Shown piece by piece: positions 53,762-64,000 of a stretch of DNA of 64,000 nucleotides (positions within the stretch are counted from its first letter, which is position 1; each line of letters begins with the position of its first letter). Origin of the DNA: Podarcis gaigeae (Eukaryota); assembly GCA_964106915.2 (NCBI GenBank), contig OZ066923.1. One strand, given 5' to 3'. Made by a program: the position numbers and the translations under genes. The notes beneath the pieces were generated by a model. The model was not told where the DNA came from and ran no database searches. It saw only the letters and a list, made by a program, of their open reading frames with translations.

Positions 53762-55149
53762 CTGCCAGAGGGGGAAAGTGTGATGGAATTAAGGGAAACA
53801 GACTGAAGGTAGAGGCTTGCAGGAAAAAGATGTCCCCTCAACACCTCAGGTGCAAATGGCTTTTGTAGAATAGATTGTTCCATGATAGATAGTCATGCAC
53901 CATGGCTGCCAGCCTGCCTGCTTCTCTGACACATTAATTCAGTAGCTGCTGTTTCTATGGCAATGGGACGGAATGGCGTCAGCAAGGCTCCATCAGCCAA
54001 AGGCACAAACAAGAAACAGTTGGCTGGGGAAGTGTGAGGAGCAGGAGCTAATGACTTCTCAGGAAAAATATCTATAAGGGGGAAGGGTGGCTCTCAAGCT
54101 TTTTGGCTGGAGGGCCGGCAGGGAACCCTATTCTAAAGTGTTTTTATCTTCTAAGTACAGCTGGGCAGGGAAAGGAGAGTCTGTTAACTGTGGGACAAAT
54201 GTAAAATGCAGATTGGATCACTGCAGGACAGGGCAAAGGACTTTTGCCATGAGACCTCATTCGCTGTCAGTTTGGCAGTACTACAGCTGTATTCCAGATA
54301 AATTATTCTGGCATGCTGGTGGCAACAGCTCCAATAGCAACTGCCCCCACCACAAATAAAGGAAATATGGCCACCTGCCAGCACCCTAGTAAGGGACAAA
54401 GAGCCCACTATTGCCTGCACTGTACTCCTAGTCAAATGTTAGCCACGTGAAGGATGTACAAATGATTAGGCCCACAATTTCAGGTTTATGAGTACAGCCA
54501 TTTCCCCCTTCAGTCTGCTGCTGAATGCGTAGAGGTCAGGGGGTGGCAGTGAAAGGGGCACACATACTAGGGGGGGCAGGAGCACAGACGGCTGACATAT
54601 GGATAGGGCTGCACCCAAAACAGTGCATTGCTGCCAGACCACTGGAATATTAGGCAGAGCGCTGCTAGCCACAGACCATGCTCTGATCCTGGCAATTCTT
54701 GGCAAAGAAAGTGATCCCTCAGTTAAAACAACAGTCCTTCCAAGAACACTAACTTGGAAGTATGTTTCACTCAATTAAATGGGGGTTATGTCTAAAAAGT
54801 TTGAGGGTTTTAGAATAGTTTGGAAAAGAAACTCATTGCGGACAGGGATCACCACAGGGAAACCTCTTTTAAGTCCTGTATCAAAGCACTTACCCAGTTT
54901 TTTAAACATAAACCATGCTAGGTATTTTGTTTTTCTAAGACCCCAAAACTAATTGTACCAAGCATCCAAAGTCACTTTAAAAAAATCTTTTTTTTGTGTC
55001 AGTTTCTAGCACAAGAATAACGAACTTGTGTGCACAAAAGAACAACACAGTCAAAACAAGAATATATGCATATTCTTCTTGAACACAAAATCAATTGTTT
55101 TTCCTATCCATTCCTCCCAAACCACAGAGAGGACTAAGAAAACTCTCAC

Positions 55150-55225
55150 CTCGGGAAAACCGCAGGCCTTTGCCAGCAAACTCCCTCTGCAGGGCAGCTA
55201 CAAACTTCTCTCGAATCCTCTCTTT
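55150..55225 (-). CDS. PMM1: PMM1 exon 6
   Basis: cag|AAA GAG...CGA G|gtgag; KERIREKFVAALQREFAGKGLRFSR; 76 nt. Confidence 0.98.
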
Positions 55226-55534
55226 CTGTAAGGAGATGAACAGAAAACAAGTGGGAGAGGACTGAAGAGGGATAAGGAAACATCCCCCTCAATTACTTTG
55301 ATCCTTCTCAGATCCCACTTTACCCCGTGAAACGCAGTATTTTGTGTTTGTGCCTTGCAATTTCTTTCAAGAACTATGACCAGTCAGAATAATATTCCTG
55401 TTTAGCGCCAGCTTATAGGCAAGGTACCCTAGCAACAGACTTAATACTTAGAAAACACACACACACAACACAACACAACACAACACCCTGGGGTTCTAAC
55501 AGGCTCCAGTGTGCCACAAATACATTTGGAGCCT

Positions 55535-56163
55535 TTGTTGTTGTTTAGTCATTCAGTCGTGTCCAACTCTTCATGACCCCATGGATCATAGCACTCCAGG
55601 CACTCCTGTCTTCCACTGCCTCCCGCAGTTTGGTCAGACTCATGTTTGTAGCTTCGCGAACACTGTCCAATCACCTCGTCCTCTGTCGTCCCCTTCTCCT
55701 TGTGCCCTCCATCTTTCCCAACATCAGGGTATTTTCCAGGGAGTCTTCTCTTCTCATGAGGTGGCCAAAGTATTGGCGCCTCAGCTTCAAGATCTGTCCT
55801 TCCAGTGAGCACTCAGGGCTGATTTCCTTCAGAATGGATACGTTTGATCTTCTTGCAGTCCATGGGACTCTCAAGAGTCACCTCCAGCACCATAATTCAA
55901 AAGCATCAATTCTTCGGCGATCAGCCTTCTTTATGGTCCAGCTCTCACTTCCATAGATCACTACTGGGAAAACCATAGCTTTAACTGAACGGACCTTTGT
56001 TGGCAAGGTGATGTCTCTGCTTTTTAAGATGCTGTCTAGGTTTGCCATCGCCTTTCTTCCAAGAAGCAGGCGTCTTTTAATTTCATGACTGCTGTCACCA
56101 TCTTTAGTGATCATGGAGCCCAAGAAAGTAAAATCTCTCACTGCCTCCATTTCTTCCCCTTCT
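55535..56163 (-). mobile_element. BovB (RTE) LINE, 5'-truncated, 11-bp TSD ATTTGGAGCCT
   Basis: Encodes DFTFLGS...EIKRRLLLGRKAM...ESWTIKKADRRRIDAFELWCWR; (CAA)n tail; TSD at 55524-55534 and 56164-56174. Confidence 0.95.
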
Positions 56164-56190
56164 ATTTGGAGCCTAATGCTCATTATTTAC

Positions 56191-56290
56191 CTTGTCCAGT
56201 TCTGAAAATTCTATTCGTTCTTCCAAAGTGCAGCTTCGACCAATAGGAGAGATGTTCAACATTCCATTGCGAAATTCAATAAATGTCCCC
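56191..56290 (-). CDS. PMM1: PMM1 exon 5
   Basis: cag|G GGG ACA...AAG|gtaaat; [33 protein letters not shown]; 100 nt. Confidence 0.98.
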
Positions 56291-57334
56291 CTGAGAAGAA
56301 TTATTTTTTTAAGGGGAAGAGAGAAGGAGAAACTTGAGTATGTGGTTTTAAAAACAGGACAGTTCTGTTGCACAGCCTCATGATTTCTTTAACATGAAGT
56401 CAAGCAGAATCTTCCCACCATGATACAACACAAGGTCAAACTAATTGCAAGAAGAGGGACCTCTACCTTGCTTATGGTGTGTGGCATGCAACTTTTCCTA
56501 AGAGAGCTCATCATAGATTCCTCATGGCCCTTACCTATCGCATCTTACTTCTTCCCGGGTGATTTTTCCCCCTACAAGAGCTGGAGCTATTAGAAGTAAA
56601 TGCCTAGAATACCACTCTTTAATGTTTCATTTATTCAGGATGCAAAATTCCCATGGACAAAGTATGCAGTATGTTTGCAATGTTGGGCACAGCATTATAG
56701 TGTAGCAAAATAACATAAACTGAGTTGAGGTTAACCTGTTTTTTTAGAAAGTGGTACTCAAAAGACACAACATCTGTGAAGGCTAAGTTAAATCAGAGTT
56801 GCTTTCCTTCTGTTCTAAACACTGACTCCTTAAAATATATATAGAAGGATATTGGAAAAAGTGGGGAAACAATAGCAACTAGTTAGACAGTATAGTGAAT
56901 ACAGGGCAATGAGTTTAAACTCCAGAAAGGAAGGGATTTCTTCCTAACATGTTACCCAACTCTAAGAACAGTTATGCAATGAAATCAAGTGCTGAAATAA
57001 ATTATGGAATATTTCCCTTTCAGGTATTCAATAAAACAGTGGGAAGGTTTCTGCTGGATATTATTTGAAGATTTAGGTTCTTTGTTTTAGGTGGGCGGGC
57101 TGGATTATCAACTTTGTGGTTCTAAATACTCACATAGTATCTGGAAAATAAAAAGAGAGACCTGAATCCTTTGATAAGTTAACTTAAGGAAGGAAAGCCC
57201 CTCCCCAAGCTCGAAGCTTGTCCTAAAAAGTCTCTCTGGAGAAGTTGGGGCACTTCCTGATCAATGGGACTGGGACACTTCCTTAAGGGGACAAGCCAGA
57301 GTCTGCATGCCCTGGAATAAGTAAGGACCGTTAC

Positions 57335-57426
57335 CGTTTCTTGGGCAGCTTTAGAAGTGCCATGTAGTTGAGGCAGAAGTTGATCAGATCCTGCAGAAGT
57401 TCTTCCCCAAGGTGGTTCTGGATAGC
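57335..57426 (-). CDS. PMM1: PMM1 exon 4
   Basis: cag|GCT ATC...AAA CG|gtaac; [31 protein letters not shown]; 92 nt. Confidence 0.98.
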
Positions 57427-57896
57427 CTGTCAAAAAAAAGCCAAAGGCAACAGAGTGCAATTCTCTTACCAAATCCACCCACATTGTGAACATCAAAACA
57501 GGTTGTTTTATTATATGTTGAATGGAACAAAAATGAAAAGAGAGGGGTAGCACCAAAAGGACCAGGAAATCCAGGGAAAAAGGAAGTGAAGATTCAAAAT
57601 GCTGCTTGAGAATTTTAATTTGTGCTGTAATGTGCTCAACATGTTTTTGACATATCACTATACACTAAAAGAAATCACAACAAGGATTAGATGTCCACAT
57701 TCCTGCATTGCAGGGGGTTGGACTGGATGACCTTTGGGGTCCCTTCCAAGTTTACATGCATTTATCTAAGGCCTGGGGAGGGGCCTTCCTGCTGTGGGAA
57801 GAGCCAGGAGCAACAGATTATCCAGTTGCTCCTGTGAGGAGATACTGTGTTCTCTCAGGGACTAAAACATCGGGGACTCCATAGTCCTAAATTATA

Positions 57897-58138
57897 CAGT
57901 GGTACCTCGGGTTAAGTACTTAATTCGTTCCAGAGGTCCGTACTTAACCTGAAACTGTTCTTAACCTGAAGCACCACTTTAGCTAATGGGGCCTCCTGCT
58001 GCTGCCGCGCTGCCGGAGCACAATTTCTGTTCTCATCCTGAAGCAAAGTTCTGAACCTGAAGCACTATTTCTGGGTTAGTGGAGTCTGTAACCTGAAGCG
58101 TATGTAACCTGAAGCGTATGTAACCTGAGGTACCACTG
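57897..58138. mobile_element. Tc1/mariner-type MITE
   Basis: TIR CAGTGGTACCTC / GAGGTACCACTG with TA TSD; same family as 27755. Confidence 0.9.
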
Positions 58139-58578
58139 TACAGTACTATATATAATATATATGAAGAGTACTGAATATTAATATCCTTATAAATAATACC
58201 CATACAAATACTTTACATATTTGATATAATGGGTATATCTTTATGTTAAGATTATTAGCTTTGATATTGAGTACTCTTTAACATAATCTTTATTGTCATT
58301 TCTGAGTGCCCCTGAAGATGCTAGAAAGATGTTGGGCATATTACTTCACAAATTAAAATTGTTCAAGCATTACTTCAAAGTTTTGCCTCCTTTTTTGGAG
58401 GGGGGAGGGAAACCCTTCCTCAGTAAAATACTGACTTATCAGATAACTGTATGGAGCCAGATAACCTGAGAGACTTTGGATACCATCATCTCTCTCTGAG
58501 AGATTTGGCAGAGAAGGAGGGTGAGAGGAGGAGGAAATTTGCAGCCTTGGTGGCAGAGCACAAAGTGGTGGGGCCTAC

Positions 58579-58655
58579 CTGCTTGGAGACCAGTTGCCCG
58601 TTCTTGTACTGCACGGTGCCATTTTCTGCAAAGACGTAATCAAACTTGTCGATAA
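58579..58655 (-). CDS. PMM1: PMM1 exon 3
   Basis: cag|TT ATC...CAG|gtagg; VIDKFDYVFAENGTVQYKNGQLVSKQ; 77 nt. Confidence 0.98.
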
Positions 58656-59450
58656 CTGTGGGGAATAGATTTGTAGGGGCAAAAAGGATGTTGAGGAGAA
58701 GAAGTGAAGGAAGGGAAATGAAGGTGAGAGAGAAATATCAATCAGTCAGAGGGATAGGGGCTGCAAGGGAAGTGGATGCTGAATCGCAGGAGCTCTGTGG
58801 CTTTATTCTGACACTTCAGCAAAGTTTGATTTGAGGTGCCCTGAAAATAGTGATGCTCATGAATGCCGGCAGTGATGCTCCCATTTTACAGATGAAGGTG
58901 TGCAAGTTGCTGAGTGAGAACTCAATCATCTGACAGACACAGCAACAAAGCTGGATTGTGCCTACCCATGTTCTCTTTGTCTGGCCTCCCCCACTTTTCC
59001 ATTTGGAATGACGTCTCAGCAACTCAGAGTGCAACCCTGAGCTTGTTTACTCAGAAGCACGTGTCTCTGTGCTCAATGAAGCTTACTTGCAAGCAAATGT
59101 GCACAGATCTGCAGCTACAGGTTATTTCACACTGGCCTTTCCCAGCAGTGATAAAAAGGCCAATGCTGAATCAGCAGTTCACTTTCCGTTTAAGGGAACA
59201 TTAGGTTATCTCACCTTTTCTCTAGTCTAGAAGGAAGGTTTTAGAATCTGATATTATTCTTTGTTACTGGGGGAAGGGGCAATGGAGGGGAATGCAAAGG
59301 CGAGCAACCATTCTGCTTTACTTCTGCGAATGGATGCAAGTCTTGCATTTAGGACCACGGGCTCAGAGGAACCCCACCAGCTAAGTCTGGAAACATGGGC
59401 TGTGAATGAACTCATGATGCCATTTACTGTAGGATGCCCTCCAACCTTAT

Positions 59451-59708
59451 TGTTAAGTTGTGGGTGAACATATCAGACGACACAGTGATTCTTCAAACAG
59501 CTCTTGTTTATTCACAGGCCAGAAGAGAACAGAACTGAACTGAAGGGTTCAGCCAGCCTGCTTATATAGAGCTCCACTACAACACAACAGTAACCACTTT
59601 CTGTAACTATCCAATCACTGAACGTCACTTTCAATCCCTTATTTGCATATGTGGACCTGAGTGAAAACTATCTACAGTATCCCCCTGCTGGCCCAGGGTG
59701 AGAACTTA
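59451..59708 (-). mobile_element. Solo LTR (5' end apparently clipped) in PMM1 intron 2
   Basis: Minus-strand order: octamer ATGCAAAT (59641-59648), CCAAT (59611-59615), TATATAA (59562-59568), AATAAA (59507-59512), terminal AACA; CTTAT on both flanks (putative TSD). Confidence 0.7.
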
Positions 59709-60781
59709 TTAGGATTATTGCAGGCCAAATAGGATTGGCTGTTTGCAGTATAAATACAACAGGTGGGTCAGCTGGTGGCTTCCTTCTCTGCTTCTCTGGA
59801 AGCTGCTTCTATACGGCGCTGCATTGCAAGTGCCTGCAGTTTTCTGGGTCCCTGTTTCTATGTTTGTACCAAACAAATATCCCACGATGCCCTTGGCTCT
59901 GTCCCCATCTCCGCCTTTCCCCATCACCTCAGTACCTCCCTCTTTGCTGTGCTGCTGTTCCTGCTTTCTCTGCTGGGACCTTCATCTGTCTCCCCTCGTG
60001 ATGTACCTGCATTGGAATAAGTCAGGCACACAGCTCTTGTTGGACCTGATCAAGAGGATGCTGAAACTGCATTGGGCCAATTTAAATCCACCCCTTATAG
60101 ATCTGGGATATAATGAGATGTCTTGGAAATCCTGAACTGAAAGTGCAGTGGGTAATGCTGCAGATATAGGGAGCAGGATAGAGAGAAGCTACAGGTGTCT
60201 GTCCTGCCCATGTGGCTCTGGAGGCCAGTTAACCCACTTTCGAAGGCCAGAGCTGATTCCACTTCCCACCAGTCCGAAGCCACAGGAGAACACGCTGAGC
60301 TTCCAAGGACTATTTGGAACCTTCCAATACTGAGTTTGGCTTTGTGGATCTGCAGTACAGTTATGTTACAGTAGCACAGAAATGCCACGACTGTCTTGGG
60401 TTTGATTCCAATATGCAGAAACAGTACATGGATATTCCTTCCCAGGCTGTACCACTTCAGAGTGGTAGAAAATCACACATTGGAAGGCCACTGCACATAA
60501 AACAAAACTCTTCAGATGGGGCCTGTTTGGGTGAGGTTTAGGCCCAAACCTCTCCCACACTAGCTTTCCTTGAAAAGGGATGGAGGTGCATGGAGTCACA
60601 TGATCCCCACCCCTGCAGTCTGAAGTGGTGCAGTCCACAGCAGCCATGCCATGTGCTTTCCTTTGCGTGTGTCAATTTGCCCACCAATATGACTGCTACG
60701 ATTGCTTGATTTTGCAGCAGGTCATTGGCTATGCTTCCATTAAACAAAAGCACCTCGAGAGCAGAAGTGTGTATTGCTCAC

Positions 60782-60899
60782 CTTCATCTCCTTCACCCAG
60801 CTGCTCAGCTATCTTGGAGTAGTCTGAGCCACCCACTACCCCAATTGACACTCTCGTACGCAGCTCTTGAAGAAACTCGTCTACTTCAGGCTTAATTTT
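60782..60899 (-). CDS. PMM1: PMM1 exon 2 (exon 1 lies beyond the window end)
   Basis: cag|AAA ATT...GAA G|gtgag; [39 protein letters not shown]; 118 nt. Confidence 0.98.
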
Positions 60900-61832
60900 C
60901 TGGAGGGAAAAGGAGAAAGAGTGGTAGTTATTGGCATGCCAGCAGGAAACAAAAACTACTGAGAGACCTGTGTTGCATCAGAGCAGCCTTCCCTAAGCTG
61001 GTGTCCTCCATATGTTGTGCACGGCAACTCCCATCTGATCAGCACTGGGCGGGGCAATGGGAATTTGTAGTGCCAAACATCTGGATGGCGTCATGTTGCA
61101 GAAGGCTGCCTAGAGATTAACAAACTCATTGCAGCAGAATGAGCATTTGTAACCTGGAACAACAGAGAAATGGCAGGAGAGCTTGTGGATTTATGCCATA
61201 GAAGTGGAAGGCTCTTGTACAGCAAAGCTGAACAATCAGCAAAACGAAGAGACCAAATACTCTCTTCTTTTTCTTCCTAGCTGGGCTTTGATATCATAAA
61301 GCAGGTGTGAGGAACCTCAGGCCTTCCAGATGTTGATGAACTACAATTCCTACTCCTGTGGCTAAAAATATTAACTGAATGGTCAAAGTGGTTAATCAAT
61401 TAATTGTTTAATAAGTGATTTTGAAAAAGATTTAGCTGGAGTGGAAACAGTAGTGTATGTTAAAAATAATGTGACAATTTAGATCTGATTCCAAACACAT
61501 ATTGAAGTTCGCTACACCCCATCTCACCACCCCCAAACAATTGAGATGTCTCTGTTATTTGTCAAAAGGAACAGTTGTATTTTCATTGTAAAGGGCTAGC
61601 ATCTCAGCAGCTGGTATCCTTGAACAGTTGCCAGGGCCCCAGCACCACAACAAGGTCCACTGTTGATTGCTGCCCTGCCTTGCCCCCTCTTCTGATCCGG
61701 CACTGAGTGCCAGGTGGTTGGATACAGCCATCTATTTTAAGTTCCCACAATGCCCCAGACCTGTGAGGCACTGTGGGAAACAGAAAATGTTGCTAGATAC
61801 AGTTGCCCACTGCTACTTGCCCACTGCTACTT

Positions 61833-62400
61833 GACAGCAGTCACAAAATTAAAAGACGCCTGCTTCTTGGGAGAAAAGCAATGACAAACCTAGACAGCAT
61901 ATTAAAAAGCAGAGACATCACCTTGCCAACAAAGGTCCATATAGTTAAAGCTACCGTTTTCCCAGCAGTGATGTGTGGAAGTGAGAGCTGGACCATAAAG
62001 AAGGCTGATCGCCGAAGAATTGATGCTTTTGAATTATGGTGCTGGAGGAGACTCTTGAGAGTCCCGTGGACTGCAAGAAGATCAAACGTATCCATTCTGA
62101 AGGAAATCAGCCCTGAGTGCTCACTGGAAGGACAGATCCTGAAGCTGAGGCGCCAATACTTTGGCCACCTCATGAGAAGAGAGGACTCCCTGGAAAAGAC
62201 CCTGATGTTGGGAAAGATGGAGGGCACAAGGAGAAGGGGACGACAGAGGACGAGATGGTTAGATAGTGTTCTTGAAGCTACCAGCACGAGTTCGACCAAA
62301 CTGCGGGAGGCAGTGGAAGACAGGAGTGCCTGGCGTGCTCTGGTCCATGGGGTCACGAAGAGTTGGACACAACTAAACGACTAAACAACAACAACAACAA
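61833..62400 (+). mobile_element. BovB (RTE) LINE, 5'-truncated, open C-terminal ORF fragment
   Basis: Accounts for ORF 61803..62384 (KRRLLLGRKAM...RIDAFELWCWRRLLRVPW...YFGHLMRR); (CAA)n tail; ~93% identical by hand count to the reverse complement of 55535-56096. Confidence 0.95.
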
Positions 62401-64000
62401 CACTTGAAGCACTGGCACCATAGCCAGATAAGCCCACCAGGACCCACTGACAAGAGGAGGGGGCCTGCCAGAGGACACTTTTGCCCACAGTCCCCTCTCA
62501 AACCTGGAGCCAGCCCTGCCACTGACTATCATCAGAAACACTTGTGAACTGAACTGTAACATTTATTTATACTGGTGAAAATTCACCTATCATGTCAAAG
62601 CAAAAAAGCAAGGAACCTCTTAGTAATCCAACCTCTAGCTGTTGGCAACAAAACCATATATTCTTCAGCAACCTACAAGAGTCAATTTAAAACACACACA
62701 CACAAATTTCATCTAGCATGTTTTGCAAATGAGTTTAGATACGGCAGTAGCAGACTTTAAAAAACACCATCTGCACCTAATTTATGTCTCTTACTTTGCA
62801 AAATCCACACGGCACCAGCATCCTGCCACAATTAAAATATTAGATGGTTAAATGAACAGCCAAACACTTAAGGGTCAAGCTGGTCTAATTCAAAGGCATC
62901 GTCAACAGAGCAATGGGAGCTCACATGATCTGCATGCAAAGGAAGCCACTCTGCCAACTCTTCAGAGTTGCTTGGACATACTCTCTCATCCACAGCGAAG
63001 CAAACCGCCTGTAGTGCGCCAAATCCAACACTTCTGGACATGCCCTATGCCCCTCCAAGAGAGATAAGACTAGTATGTGAGTAAATCAACATTGTGATCA
63101 CAAGGCAAATCATATTTAGGTTGTCTCCTTGGTTGTTTTCCCACTAGGATTTTATCACCTAGTGAATCTAAAAATAAATAAATTCAAAGGGTGGAGTGAA
63201 TGGACACAGCCAAGGCTTTGCCATGCAGCAGAATGTAGGGACCTTCTTCAAGCAGCATTATGAAGGAACAGATGAAGGCAGCAACTGATGTCCCAAACCT
63301 GCAGCAAGACTTAAAGCAGCGTTCGGGGACCTTTGGCTCTCCAGATGTTGTAGCTGACAGCTTGCCTGATATTATCAGTATTTCCCTGCCATGTGCAGCA
63401 TCAGGTGAATCCTGTGGAACTTCCAGGTTGTTGTGATACAGAACCACCCCACACAATTTCTTTAGTCTGCTGTCCAAGTGAACCAGTTAGGCCCTTCCTG
63501 AACCTTGGCGTACATACAATCTGAGCCCTCCTCTGAGATGTCCTGTAGGTCAGGAACATCCCATGAACTTAGCCCCTCAACCACCCATCTCCCAATATCC
63601 AAAAAGTGTTACGCTTGCTTTCTTGTGTATGTGCAATGTCCATCACAGCCCACCTGGTCCTGGACTCCATAAATACTAAATTTGGTGCCTCCGGGGCCAA
63701 TCAGAGGTGAAAGGGATGATGCCAGGAGGGTCATTTGGCCTGAGCCTCAAGCTCAAAGGGGGCCTGAGATTTAGACACCTTCAATTTTTTGCAGTGGATG
63801 AGTTTTGCAGCTTGTTTCTATACACATTGGACCAAAATGTGACACGTTCTCTCAGCTCAGTTCAGCAAATTTGGGCATATCAATGCAGTTTAATGCATTA
63901 TTTTGCTTAAAATTTAATGGAATGCATCAAATATTTTTATTTGATGTGTTGAAAGTGTCTTCTGTTCAAGGAAGTGCTACTTTACCCTTTGAGCTAGAAT

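Noticed and set aside
55509-56183. Several ORFs on both strands, and similarly 61803-62384 and 61841-62356
   Set aside because: Sense and antisense frames of 5'-truncated BovB copies; they lack the endonuclease and most of the RT, so they are not autonomous.

Overview
Eukaryotic (vertebrate) genomic DNA from a squamate reptile, probably a lacertid-type lizard; this is inferred from Sauria SINEs, BovB/RTE LINEs and squamate hAT/Tc1-mariner MITEs. Three spliced genes were reconstructed by hand, with GT-AG boundaries and continuous reading frames. ACO2 (mitochondrial aconitase, + strand) has exons 3-18 at 629-15729, with exons 1-2 upstream of the window. CSDC2 (cold-shock domain protein PIPPin, + strand) has a CpG-island promoter and non-coding exon 1 near 29.3 kb, a CDS at 39335-40465 (153 aa) and a long 3'UTR to about 45.27 kb. 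PMM1 (phosphomannomutase 1, - strand) has exons 2-8 at 60899-50597, with exon 1 beyond the window. The rest is intron and intergenic DNA dense with transposon relics. Most notable observations: (i) I find no POLR3H between ACO2 and CSDC2, where it lies in human, and that interval holds an unexplained 235-codon ATG ORF; (ii) two ~93%-identical inverted BovB copies bracket PMM1 exons 2-5, predicting a 387-nt circRNA that is an in-frame, stop-free circle; (iii) a Penelope-type minimal hammerhead ribozyme relic; (iv) a 94-bp direct repeat around a Sauria SINE pair; (v) a solo LTR in sense orientation inside PMM1; (vi) a possible poison acceptor before the ACO2 Fe-S ligand exon. No prokaryotic-type system, CRISPR array, rRNA or intact tRNA was seen. 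Repeat family names come from recognition of consensus motifs, not from database searches.
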